IMG/VR virus record: IMGVR_UViG_3300042346_000188
Coordinates: 1 to 64,000 of that record
DNA from: a virus
DNA: 64,000 nt
Direction: 5' to 3' (one strand)
Below are positions 9,330 through 18,868 of this stretch, piece after piece. Both the position numbers and the translations under genes were made by a program. The notes below the pieces were generated by a model. The model made no database searches, had not been told where the DNA came from, and saw only the letters and a program-made list of their open reading frames with translations. Within the stretch, counting starts at the first letter, position 1. Each line of letters starts with the position of its first letter.

Positions 9330-12300
9330 GTGGCCATTAATGCTAATACACAAATTTATGATAAAACACTAGATCGAGCAGCAATGCTACGACTACATGA
9401 AAGAAGGGTAGTTGGTAAGGTTGATGTAATCATTGATGGTCATATCCTTCGTCTGGACAAATTAATAAAAGCTTTTGAAGGTATGAATCCTTTTAAAGTT
9501 GCATTAGATAAAGAGTTGCACAACACGTATTCACGAATCAACAACTCAGTAGAGAAGGATTTATTGTCTTTGACTACAGATCAACTTTCTTTTGCTTACC
9601 AAAAAGTAGAAGTAGCAATGGGACATATATGGCGTACTGAACGGCCTAAAGTTCGTGTTGCTGAAGAAATTGCGCTTGCTAATCCGCTCTATAAGAATCA
9701 AACAATGGAACAAGGTTGGCAGGGTATTTCTAAAAATGAGAAGGTTAGAATTGAAGCTGTAATTCGAAAAGGAATTGCAGATGGTAGTACTATTGATGAA
9801 ATAGCATTAGCAGTACGTACAGGAAATGTTCACAATATAACTAGAAACCAAGCAAAAGGCTTAGTCATTACTGCAGTTACTTCTGTAACAAATCAAGCTG
9901 ACCACGCAATTTATAAGGCTAATGCAAAGGCATTATTAGGCTGGGAATACGTTGCTGTACTTGATGCTCGTACTACACCTTTGTGTGCAGGCAGAGATGG
10001 ACATATCTATGAGATAGGAGATGTTGTACATTTGCCTCCAGCCCATTGGCATTGCCGTTCTACAACAACACCTGTATTTAAATCATGGGATGACATTTCT
10101 AAATTAGAAAGTGTTGCTCAAATACGTAAGCGAAACTTAGCAGGACTTACGGATAAACAAAAGGCTTTTTATGATGGTAATACTCCATTAAAAGAAAGCT
10201 ATAACGATTGGCTGCTAAGACAACCACAAGATGTTCAACTAAGACATTTAGGTGATTATAAAAAAGTAGGTATGTTTAATTCTCAACAACTTACTTTGGA
10301 CAAATTTACCAATGATGAAGGTAATACAATAGGTATCAAAGAATTACGTAAGATGACAGATTCTACTTATGTACTTCCAAATGATACCCAGAAGTTTGCC
10401 AATGCTAAGGCTAAATTAGATGCAATGCAATTGCCTATAATGACACCTGAAGATTTATTTGATAATAAAGAATTAGTAAAAACATTAAGAGATTATTATT
10501 TATTACAAGCTGGAGAATTAGATGGTACTTTATCACTCACAAACTATCGCGGTGCCCTCATACACACCAAGAAATCTACCAAGACACGAGTGCTCAACAA
10601 CCTTCCAACCGAAGACCAAACAATATTTAATCCAGTCACAGGCCGTTACGAAGATACCCGACTCTACCAGCCCAATGTACAAGTACTAAATAATAACCTT
10701 AGATTACTACGCGAAAGTCCAACATTAAAACAAGCAGATAAAGACTTTATCGAAAATTTTGTTGGTAGCCTTGATGAAAAGATGGGTGCAAATGAGAGAG
10801 CTGTAGTGGCAGATAATCTTCGTATTATCTTTACTAGGTTTAGAAACAATGGTGAGCAATGGAATAACTTTAAAGCTGTTGTTCAAGGCCAAATTAAGTT
10901 TGATGTAATGAACGTATCTGATTCATTGGAAACACAACTACGTGCTGATATTGATGTACTTAAAAAGCTTAAGCAAGACAATTACATTGACCCTATATTA
11001 GGGCCTACTCAGTTGCAAGATTTGCATGATAACTTTATCAGCAATATACGCGCTAAGAATAATTGGGAAGATTCTACTGCCCCTAAAATAGCTAGAGAAT
11101 TGCGCAATACCTTTGACTACAAAATACCGCTTAAGCTTAAGTTGTTGCCTAATGGTAAGCCACGTATTAGCGAAGAAGCATTAACACAATTTTATTTGAA
11201 ATTTGCCCATAGGCTGAGTCTTGCTGATATGCCTGACAGAGATCAGTTTGCTGTAGCACTTGGTAGAGATTTATACAATCTTGCCAACCTAAATGGTAAT
11301 AGACGTGAATGGTACAGCACAGGAATGGCGCTATTAGAAGCAAAGAATGTAAAGAAATTCTTCGAAGTAGAAACGTTTGGTGTACAAAAGCGAAGAATGA
11401 AAAGTAGATTGAGTAACAGTTTGTTTGGACCTTATTATGACACTCTGTCATATAACATACGTGTGACTGATCCTCGTGTACAAGAATATGCGCAGCTCAC
11501 AAGGAAAGTGGATGTCGGCCTACGTGTTGGCGTTACAACGGATAAGAACAAGTTAATATTCCGCGAGGGTTATAAGACTTATTTTATTGACAGAGGTCTC
11601 CTAGGCCTAGAGGACACACGGATACCTATTACATCTACAAATAGTTTTGGTGATTTTCCTGAGAAGTTTGTTGATAAGAATTTGGCAGATGCTTTAAACT
11701 GGGCATCTAAGTCTAAATACAAAATTGACGAAGACTTCTACGATTTCACTCAGAAATTATTGTACTTCGAAGATGATAGAGGTAACGCTAAAAAGTACAA
11801 CGAATTGAATGAATACAAACATTATATATCTTCAAGAGGAGATGCTTATGAGAGATTCAAATCAATGGAGTGGTTACGCACTAGAGGATATTCTTTTAGT
11901 AATCATGCTTTTGTTGACCATCGCGCTCGTATATATGATCGCGGACTCATTAGTCCTCAGTCAGGAGAATCCTTCAGACCATTTCTTAACACAGAACAAT
12001 CAAAAGTGTTGGGTGAGGCCGGATACAGAAACTTCAGAGACCAAATAGGTGCATTCATGGGCGGTCTTAATGATACTTTTGAAGGACGATATAATTCGTT
12101 ATCTTTCACTGGTAGACAAAAGATTGCTGATAAGCTATGGCCTGATATGGTTGACATTGGTAATAAAATGTTACGTGCCAAACCTGCTGATATTCGTGCT
12201 ATACTAGAGTCAGAAATGGTACAACTAGTAGATGGTGAAGAGCTGGGTAAGTTCTTTAGATTCGCTATGGAGTCAGCTAAGATAGATAATCATCTTAAAG

Positions 12301-13955
12301 CTGGCGGAGCCATGGAAGACTATAAGACAGCCTTAGCTTTAGAACAAGATGCTTCATCTTCTGGTGCTCAGATCATTGCATTGACAACCAAGAACAAACA
12401 GCTAGCAGAATTATCTAATGTTGTACCTACAAATCAAAAACGTAGGCTATATGATGAGATTGCTGCTGCCACTTATAATGATCCGCGTTTTAAAGTATTA
12501 AACGAGAAGTTAGGGTTAAATGAAAAAGATTTACGAAAAGCTGCGAAAGCTCAGAACATGGTTACGTTTTATGGTGCTGGTGAACGAACTGGCATCCTTA
12601 ATGTGGAAGGTAAACTATCAAAGGTCTTGGACAAGCAAGGTAACACGTTGGTCGTTAAAGCGTCTGATCGTGATAAGGTACTTAATGAGATTTCTGCAAG
12701 AGCAGCAAGATACGAACGTTTCGATCCTGAAACAGCTGAACAGCTCAAACAGCTCAGAGCAAATGTACGCGATATCTTTAATAAAGGCCAAGATCCTGGG
12801 GACGATATTATGGAAGCGCTCTACTTCCTCGATCCAGAGACTAGGCAGTTAGTTGAAAAGATGTCTCATCAGTACGATAGAGTTGTAACACCATCAGACT
12901 TTGCTGCTATTGCAAGACTAATGTCTGAACAGCTAAGTGAACAAGTGCCTATTCTAAAAGACTTTACTAAGTTCTTTGGAAGACTTGCTGAAGATTTCTT
13001 AGTTAATTCTAAACCTTCGCAAGCAGCACTTGACTGGAAATCTATTGGTATTACCACTGCCTTAAGACCTTATCAGAAAGGTTATGTACTTCCTGATCGT
13101 ATCAGTGAAATACTGGGTTTAAAGGCAGGAGAAGCAGTAACTGAAAAGTTCTTAAAAAGGTTTAATGGCTGGAAACCAGACGGTTCTTTAGCTGATATTA
13201 TCTATGGTGTAAAAGGCCCCGATGACAGACGTACTGGCTTTAAAGTACTTAAAATTGAACCTGTAGATAAGATTGAAATATCTAAGGGTATCGAAATCTT
13301 TTATGCTAACAAGCTTCCTAAGTCTTGGACAAATGTACCTTGGGTTAATTTTGATGGTAAAATCATTGAACAGAACTTTACCCAAACATTTGAAGAAAGA
13401 CTAGCTTATAAAGATAAGGAAGGTAATTGGGTAAACAATATCTTGCAAATACCTCAAAAGACAGAGGCTACATGGTGGGAACAAGTTGTAAATGCTGATG
13501 GCAAGATTAATGATATAGCTGATGCAGGAAAAGCACGTACTGCTTTTGCCGTTAATGGCAACCATTCAAATGACGCCACATTGGTTAAGAACTTTCACCT
13601 ATGGGGTAAAGAAAATGGTATTGCCACTAGTACTATTCATGACGCATTCTTTGCTAATGCAGCAGATATGTTAAATGCTCGTGATGGTATTCGTAAATTA
13701 TACGCAAAAACATTGGATGCTAATCCCGTTGTAGCTACACTAAATGAGATGAAAGCTCGTGGATTACCTAAAGAGCTTTACGATCAATACCTTCAAGAAG
13801 CCATAGACAAGGGATTAATACCTGTAGAGGGTGTTTCTATTGTTGGTGGTAAACGCTTGAAGAAATCTGATATCCTTACTAAAGAGGATATTTTATCAAC
13901 AATACCCGATCCTACTAAATTTGAAAATGATTGGGGTTTTTATGGAATTGGATAA
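9330..13955 (+). CDS. MuF/SPP1 gp7-like minor head protein fused to a T7-family single-subunit RNA polymerase (putative virion RNAP)
   Basis: N-terminal YVAVLDARTTPLC...PPAHWHCRS (MuF); C-terminal DHRARIY, DASSSGAQ (motif A), RKAAKAQNMVTFYG (motif B), NGNHSNDA and IHDAF (motif C). Confidence 0.9.
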   Translation: MAINANTQIYDKTLDRAAMLRLHERRVVGKVDVIIDGHILRLDKLIKAFEGMNPFKVALDKELHNTYSRINNSVEKDLLSLTTDQLSFAYQKVEVAMGHIWRTERPKVRVAEEIALANPLYKNQTMEQGWQGISKNEKVRIEAVIRKGIADGSTIDEIALAVRTGNVHNITRNQAKGLVITAVTSVTNQADHAIYKANAKALLGWEYVAVLDARTTPLCAGRDGHIYEIGDVVHLPPAHWHCRSTTTPVFKSWDDISKLESVAQIRKRNLAGLTDKQKAFYDGNTPLKESYNDWLLRQPQDVQLRHLGDYKKVGMFNSQQLTLDKFTNDEGNTIGIKELRKMTDSTYVLPNDTQKFANAKAKLDAMQLPIMTPEDLFDNKELVKTLRDYYLLQAGELDGTLSLTNYRGALIHTKKSTKTRVLNNLPTEDQTIFNPVTGRYEDTRLYQPNVQVLNNNLRLLRESPTLKQADKDFIENFVGSLDEKMGANERAVVADNLRIIFTRFRNNGEQWNNFKAVVQGQIKFDVMNVSDSLETQLRADIDVLKKLKQDNYIDPILGPTQLQDLHDNFISNIRAKNNWEDSTAPKIARELRNTFDYKIPLKLKLLPNGKPRISEEALTQFYLKFAHRLSLADMPDRDQFAVALGRDLYNLANLNGNRREWYSTGMALLEAKNVKKFFEVETFGVQKRRMKSRLSNSLFGPYYDTLSYNIRVTDPRVQEYAQLTRKVDVGLRVGVTTDKNKLIFREGYKTYFIDRGLLGLEDTRIPITSTNSFGDFPEKFVDKNLADALNWASKSKYKIDEDFYDFTQKLLYFEDDRGNAKKYNELNEYKHYISSRGDAYERFKSMEWLRTRGYSFSNHAFVDHRARIYDRGLISPQSGESFRPFLNTEQSKVLGEAGYRNFRDQIGAFMGGLNDTFEGRYNSLSFTGRQKIADKLWPDMVDIGNKMLRAKPADIRAILESEMVQLVDGEELGKFFRFAMESAKIDNHLKAGGAMEDYKTALALEQDASSSGAQIIALTTKNKQLAELSNVVPTNQKRRLYDEIAAATYNDPRFKVLNEKLGLNEKDLRKAAKAQNMVTFYGAGERTGILNVEGKLSKVLDKQGNTLVVKASDRDKVLNEISARAARYERFDPETAEQLKQLRANVRDIFNKGQDPGDDIMEALYFLDPETRQLVEKMSHQYDRVVTPSDFAAIARLMSEQLSEQVPILKDFTKFFGRLAEDFLVNSKPSQAALDWKSIGITTALRPYQKGYVLPDRISEILGLKAGEAVTEKFLKRFNGWKPDGSLADIIYGVKGPDDRRTGFKVLKIEPVDKIEISKGIEIFYANKLPKSWTNVPWVNFDGKIIEQNFTQTFEERLAYKDKEGNWVNNILQIPQKTEATWWEQVVNADGKINDIADAGKARTAFAVNGNHSNDATLVKNFHLWGKENGIATSTIHDAFFANAADMLNARDGIRKLYAKTLDANPVVATLNEMKARGLPKELYDQYLQEAIDKGLIPVEGVSIVGGKRLKKSDILTKEDILSTIPDPTKFENDWGFYGIG

Positions 13956-14086
13956 TGGCTGAAATCAAAAGATGTAACTGTAACCATGCAGTACAAGATA
14001 AACTATATGGCACTGGAATGCGTGTTATGAATGCAACTCAGAAGAAAGACTTTCGCTGTACTGTATGCGGAGCAACACACAAATGA
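13955..14086 (+). CDS. Small Cys-rich putative zinc-binding protein (43 aa)
   Basis: MAEIKRCNCNH...FRCTVCGATHK*; start overlaps the RNAP stop codon. Confidence 0.6.
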   Translation: MAEIKRCNCNHAVQDKLYGTGMRVMNATQKKDFRCTVCGATHK

Positions 14087-14160
14087 ACTTTAGCCATGCA
14101 TTTGACACATGGGTACCCTCTGTATCAGATCTATTAGCAGAAGATTGGATAACAGTTTAA
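14083..14160 (+). pseudogene. Internally deleted DUF2829 (Tad2-like) remnant, 25 aa
   Basis: MNFSHA joined directly to FDTWVPSVSDLLAEDWITV, resembling the two ends of DUF2829 proteins. Confidence 0.5.
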
Positions 14161-14178
14161 GTACACAAACGGAGGCAG

Positions 14179-14197
14179 ACCCCGTTAAATTAACCCT
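14179..14197 (+). promoter_or_regulatory. Class A repeat ACCCCGTTAAATTAACCCT, copy 1 (putative phage RNAP promoter)
   Basis: Exact 19-mer, four intergenic copies; this one lies inside the inverted repeat GGAGGCAG/CTGCCTCC. Confidence 0.75.
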
Positions 14198-14289
14198 TCC
14201 CTGCCTCCCCCTATATTCATTATATATAGTTATTATCTCTTATTATAATATCTATTATACTAAGTAATATACTATATAATCATTATAGA

Positions 14290-14308
14290 ACCCCGTTAAA
14301 TTAACCCT
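14290..14308 (+). promoter_or_regulatory. Class A repeat, copy 2, upstream of scaffold/capsid operon
   Basis: Exact 19-mer 80 nt before the scaffold start. Confidence 0.75.
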
Positions 14309-14387
14309 AAATATAAAATTTAGTGATTCCAACATTATAGATTGTATCTATAATATATAAAGAGTTGTACTCAAAGGAAATAAACAA

Positions 14388-15035
14388 ATGTCTACCGAAA
14401 CTGATGAAACAAAAACACAAGAAACTAATACTCCTGCTCCGGATAATACTCCTGCCACTCCTCCTGTGGATGACGTGGACAGCAAGATCCAAGAAGCTCT
14501 TAAGCCAATCAAGACAAAACTTGACAGTGCGTACAAAGAGCGTGATGAAGCCTTAAGAAAAGCTGCAGAGTATGAACAGAAAGAAAAAGAAGCTAATATA
14601 GCACGTCTACAAGAAGAAGGGAAACACAAAGAAGCCTTTGAACTTCAGTTGGCAGAAACCCAAGCTAAATTGGAAGCTGTAACAAAGCGTAACGTAGAGC
14701 TTGCTCGTGATGCAGAAATCAAAACTGTACTAGCAAACTATGCGCTTAGAAGTGACAAAGCTCGCGATATGGCCTATATGGATATTGCCAGTCAACTTAT
14801 TCAAAATGAGAATGGTGTCTGGGTTCACAAGAGTGGTGCCGATCTTAGAACGTTTGTAAAACAATTCTCTGAACATGACGATAATTCTTTCTTGTTTAAA
14901 GCCAAACCATCATCAGGCGGCGGTACTACACCATCTGGAACAAATAATCTTCCTGATAACTCGCCTAAATCAATCTTTGCGATGTCTCAGGAAGAGGTAC
15001 TCAAACTCGCGGCTGAAGGAAAGCTTCGCCGTTAA
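14388..15035 (+). CDS. Capsid scaffolding protein
   Basis: Acidic/Pro N-terminus, coiled-coil core, FLFK...GGG tail; immediately before the capsid gene. Confidence 0.8.
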   Translation: MSTETDETKTQETNTPAPDNTPATPPVDDVDSKIQEALKPIKTKLDSAYKERDEALRKAAEYEQKEKEANIARLQEEGKHKEAFELQLAETQAKLEAVTKRNVELARDAEIKTVLANYALRSDKARDMAYMDIASQLIQNENGVWVHKSGADLRTFVKQFSEHDDNSFLFKAKPSSGGGTTPSGTNNLPDNSPKSIFAMSQEEVLKLAAEGKLRR

Positions 15036-15050
15036 TATTAAGGAAATAAA

Positions 15051-16301
15051 ATGGCAGCAAATAGCGTTACCTATACCAGTGGAACATCTGGTAATAATAA
15101 CAACTATGTATTACAAGAAGCAATTGGCGCATACAGCGATGAAGCTTATACTAATGCTCGTAAGTTATCTGGTACTGGAATCACCTCTAGCAACCCACAA
15201 ATTGACACTAACACAGAAACCTTTATTGGTCAAATGCGTTGGTTGAAACCTTTAAATCCTAAAATCAACATTGCATCATTAACAGATGCTGCTGATGGTG
15301 AGAAAACTAACTATACATCTGATTTTAGTACTTACATTAAAACTGTACGTACACACGGTGCTGAAAAAGTCAATATGACTGAAGTAGTTACTCGTCAAGA
15401 CGGTTTGGCTAAAATTGGTCGTGACTTTGGTGAAACTCGTGCTAAAGACGAACATGATGCTATTCTTTCTGTACTTAAAGGTGTAGCTATCTCTGAAGCA
15501 TTAGTTGGCACAGCTGGCGCTGGTGGTCAATCATGGTCAAACGATCCTGCTGACGCAACTTATGGCTTTTATGTAGATATCGGTTCAGCTACTGCTGGTG
15601 CAGGCAAAATCGTTTCTGGAAACGGTAAAGATAGAGACAACGTTCTTAACTATGCGTACCAAGGTGCTTCAAGAGCAGAAGGCTTGTTAGATGCATTTGG
15701 CAAAGCTTTCAAAGACTATGAACCAGATTGGGCATACTTAGCTGTATCTCCAGAAGTTTTAGCTTCTTTCCGTTCAGCTAATTTTGTTGATGAAACAACT
15801 GTAACCGAAGGTAATATTAACTTCCAAACAATTTTCAACGGTAAATTCCGCTTGATTGTAACACGGGCTAACCAATCTTTAAGTGCATCTGACCTTGCTG
15901 TACTTAACGCAGGTGCTGGTGTTGATATTGTTGGTACTAAAACTTCATTCATTATTTTGCCAGGTGCTATTGCAATGGAAACATTAGCAGTGCCTGATTC
16001 AACTGAAGTATACCGTGACGCTAACAAATACAAAGGTGGTGGTGTTACTTCTGTCTGGTCACGTTGGGGTTATGTACTAGCTCCTGCTGGTTATGATTGG
16101 AATGGTATTTCAACTGCATTCCCTTCAGATGCTGATTACGCTTCATACCGCAGTACTTCTGGCGGTAATACAACTTCAGTAGTTGCTGCTGCAGGAACAC
16201 AAGCTGCTCTTATCTCTAACCGTGCAAACGTTAAAGGTACTTGGACACGTAAAACACAATCAGCCTTATCACTAGGCATTTTACCAGTATTCCATTCTTA
16301 A
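15051..16301 (+). CDS. Major capsid protein
   Basis: 416 aa after scaffold, strong AAGGA RBS, biased codon usage. Confidence 0.8.
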   Translation: MAANSVTYTSGTSGNNNNYVLQEAIGAYSDEAYTNARKLSGTGITSSNPQIDTNTETFIGQMRWLKPLNPKINIASLTDAADGEKTNYTSDFSTYIKTVRTHGAEKVNMTEVVTRQDGLAKIGRDFGETRAKDEHDAILSVLKGVAISEALVGTAGAGGQSWSNDPADATYGFYVDIGSATAGAGKIVSGNGKDRDNVLNYAYQGASRAEGLLDAFGKAFKDYEPDWAYLAVSPEVLASFRSANFVDETTVTEGNINFQTIFNGKFRLIVTRANQSLSASDLAVLNAGAGVDIVGTKTSFIILPGAIAMETLAVPDSTEVYRDANKYKGGGVTSVWSRWGYVLAPAGYDWNGISTAFPSDADYASYRSTSGGNTTSVVAAAGTQAALISNRANVKGTWTRKTQSALSLGILPVFHS

Positions 16302-16311
16302 GGAGTAGGTT

Positions 16312-16794
16312 ATGGCACTCGTTAAAGGTGTTAATTCATATGCTGATTTGACAGAGGCCGATACTTATTTTGAAAACAAGCTAGATGTTGCTGCTTGGAC
16401 CGATGCAGCTGAAGTTCAAAAAGAACAAGCTCTTTGTACTGCAACATCTATACTTGATGAGATGGTTTGGATTGGGATAATCTCTAGCGAAACACAAGAC
16501 TTGGCCTTTCCTCGTAAAGAAGCTGAATACTTTGATCCGAAACTAGGCACTATGAAGTCTTTAAATAGTATAGAGGTTCCTGGTAGAATTGTCAATGCTA
16601 CGTATGAACTTGCTTATCATTTATTAAATAATGATGGCCTCTATGACGATACAGGTATGGTTAAAAACTTGGAGCTAGGTGACATTGTATTGGAGACAGT
16701 AATGCCTGCCAACAAAACACCAAGAATAGTAAAGAGTTATATTAAGCCTTTATTGTCTAATAGTGGCGCAAGAACATGGTGGAGGGCTAACTAA
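16312..16794 (+). CDS. Head-tail adaptor protein
   Basis: NSYADLTEADTYF...QDLAFPR...ATYELA pattern; follows the capsid gene. Confidence 0.7.
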   Translation: MALVKGVNSYADLTEADTYFENKLDVAAWTDAAEVQKEQALCTATSILDEMVWIGIISSETQDLAFPRKEAEYFDPKLGTMKSLNSIEVPGRIVNATYELAYHLLNNDGLYDDTGMVKNLELGDIVLETVMPANKTPRIVKSYIKPLLSNSGARTWWRAN

Positions 16795-17135
16795 TGGCCT
16801 ATAAAGGACTTATTGGTAGTCAGCTGAATATGGCTTTTAATATGGCCAAGGACTTAGCGGTTCTTGTAACCTTTCAGAAGGCTGCAAAAGAATTTGATTT
16901 TAGTACTGGTACTGTGGACACTGGTGTAATAACTAGTATCCCCGTAAAGGTCATTCCATTAAAAACTAAAAAGACAAAAGATTCAGAATCCTTACAAATT
17001 CTATTAAAGAATAAGGATGTCGGTGATTTGTCTTTATTTTCTACTGTTGTGAATAACGGGGTGGAATGGACTATTGGTACTATAATCATCTCAAATACAT
17101 ACACTAGCGTACTAGAGCTTACGAGGACATTATAA
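16794..17135 (+). CDS. Head closure/head-tail joining protein
   Basis: Size and synteny. Confidence 0.55.
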   Translation: MAYKGLIGSQLNMAFNMAKDLAVLVTFQKAAKEFDFSTGTVDTGVITSIPVKVIPLKTKKTKDSESLQILLKNKDVGDLSLFSTVVNNGVEWTIGTIIISNTYTSVLELTRTL

Positions 17136-17545
17136 TGGGAAAATTCGTAAGTCTTGAACAGGATGTCTTTAGTGTATTTGCTTCTCCTGAGTGGGTAGCA
17201 GAAGATATAAAAACATTCCCGACAAATTATATAGCTGTGAGCAGTGGCAAAGAATTTATTCGCGTCTCTGTGATACCCAGTGGAAACGGTTTAAACCGTA
17301 ACTCTACAAAAGGTATTCTCATAATTGATATTTTTATACCTGCCGGAGAAGGTACAAGACGTGCCTTCGAGATAGCAGACGCACTTGATTCTCATCTAGT
17401 GAATAAGTCTATAAAACATCTAACGGATACAGCTCAAACTCAATTTGGGTTTAGTTCAATTAGTCCTAACGGTGTTGATAAGGACACGCCTTCACTATAT
17501 AGAGTCACTTACTCTATCACATTTAATTATTTTTGTAAGGAATAA
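17135..17545 (+). CDS. Tail terminator protein
   Basis: GILIIDIFIPAGEG..RAFEIADAL motif; precedes tail tube genes. Confidence 0.65.
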   Translation: MGKFVSLEQDVFSVFASPEWVAEDIKTFPTNYIAVSSGKEFIRVSVIPSGNGLNRNSTKGILIIDIFIPAGEGTRRAFEIADALDSHLVNKSIKHLTDTAQTQFGFSSISPNGVDKDTPSLYRVTYSITFNYFCKE

Positions 17546-17547
17546 CA

Positions 17548-18120
17548 ATGGCACACATTTCTAGCTTAACCGCTGCAATGTTCTCTGATTTATCAGTAAA
17601 CCCAACCGCAAGTTCAGACGCAGCATGGAACGCATTAGCTACAGAAGCAGACTATAATGGTAAATTTGCAGGTACTGGCGCTAATACATTAGTATCTATT
17701 TCGCATTTGAAAGAGTTTCCTGCGTTAGGTACTCCCGCAAATATCACTAAAGTTCCTGAATACGGTTCTAAAACTTCTAAACAAGTGCAAGGCCAAGCTG
17801 ATCTTCCAAACATGGAAATTACGCTTAACTATATCCCAAGCTTGTGGGCTGGTAACGAATTACGTAACGAAGCTGCTTCTAATGCAGCAACAGGTGTTAA
17901 GGTTGGCGATGGCAAACTTTACATTTTCCGTTTTGCATTATTAGGTACAGATCCTGTTGCAGGCTTAACTTCTGCCAACTTGGCTACTATTGAAAACTCT
18001 TGCTTTTACTTCTTAGGTAAAATGGAAGCATTGGAAGTAACTTCAAGTTTAACTGAAGCTATGACTGCTAAGCTAACAATTTCAGTACAATCTGAAATTA
18101 AAGGCGCATACACTAACTAA
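17548..18120 (+). CDS. Tail tube (major tail) protein, paralog 1
   Basis: EFPALGTPANITKVPEYG...QVQGQAD...EITLNYIP motif; synteny. Confidence 0.8.
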   Translation: MAHISSLTAAMFSDLSVNPTASSDAAWNALATEADYNGKFAGTGANTLVSISHLKEFPALGTPANITKVPEYGSKTSKQVQGQADLPNMEITLNYIPSLWAGNELRNEAASNAATGVKVGDGKLYIFRFALLGTDPVAGLTSANLATIENSCFYFLGKMEALEVTSSLTEAMTAKLTISVQSEIKGAYTN

Positions 18121-18129
18121 GGAGGCCTT

Positions 18130-18822
18130 ATGGCAACGGCAAAAGGTCACATTTCTAGCTTAACCGCAGTAATGTTCTCTGATTTATCAATCACTAACTA
18201 TCCAGTTACTAGTTCAGATTGGGATTCAGCATTCAGTACACCATCTACTGTTGAAGCAAAGCTTGGGCAACTATTTGATAATAAGTCAAAACTAGTTTTG
18301 ATTGATGATAGTATTGCGGGTGGTGTATCTTTCGCAGATTTGATTGATACTACTAACACTGTAGTGCCAGGGGCAGCTGCTGGCAATGCAGAGTTTATTC
18401 GTATTACTCACTTAAAAGAATTCCCTGCTCTAGGCACACCTGCTAATATCACTAAGGTTCCTGAATACGGCTCTAAAACTTCTAAGCAGGTACAAGGACA
18501 AGCCGATCTTCCGAACATGGAAGTCACCTTGAACTATATTCCTAGTTTGTGGGCAGATGCAATTGTACATGATGAAGATGGTGTAGCTCGTCAGCCTAAA
18601 GTTGGTGATGGCAAGACATATGTATTCCGTTTTACTTTGTTAGGTACAGAGCCTAGCGGTTACACAACTTCTGAGTTAGCTGCAAGTGCTGAGCATTCTT
18701 GCTTTTATTTCTTAGGTAAGATTGAAGCTCTAGAAGTAACTTCAAGCTTAACAGAGGCAATGACTGCTAAGCTCACTATCTCAGTACAATCAGAAATTAA
18801 AGGTGCTTATACAGCAGCTTAG
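18130..18822 (+). CDS. Tail tube protein, paralog 2
   Basis: Shares long identical blocks with 17548..18120 plus an N-proximal insertion. Confidence 0.8.
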   Translation: MATAKGHISSLTAVMFSDLSITNYPVTSSDWDSAFSTPSTVEAKLGQLFDNKSKLVLIDDSIAGGVSFADLIDTTNTVVPGAAAGNAEFIRITHLKEFPALGTPANITKVPEYGSKTSKQVQGQADLPNMEVTLNYIPSLWADAIVHDEDGVARQPKVGDGKTYVFRFTLLGTEPSGYTTSELAASAEHSCFYFLGKIEALEVTSSLTEAMTAKLTISVQSEIKGAYTAA

Positions 18823-18830
18823 TTTAATTG

Positions 18831-18858
18831 TGGAGGGTTTCGGCCCTCCATTTCTTTT
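18831..18858 (+). terminator. Rho-independent terminator
   Basis: TGGAGGG-TTTCGG-CCCTCCA then TTTCTTTT. Confidence 0.8.
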
Positions 18859-18868
18859 CGAGACAACA

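Noticed and set aside
9330-13955. MuF-RNAP as a chance fusion, intein or intron artefact
   Set aside because: Single uninterrupted frame with uniform composition and no intein or homing endonuclease motifs seen; read-level confirmation is still advisable.
14188-14197. T3 promoter / cloning-vector contamination (AATTAACCCT)
   Set aside because: CACTAAAGGG is absent and the motif occurs four times at logical intergenic positions in native context.
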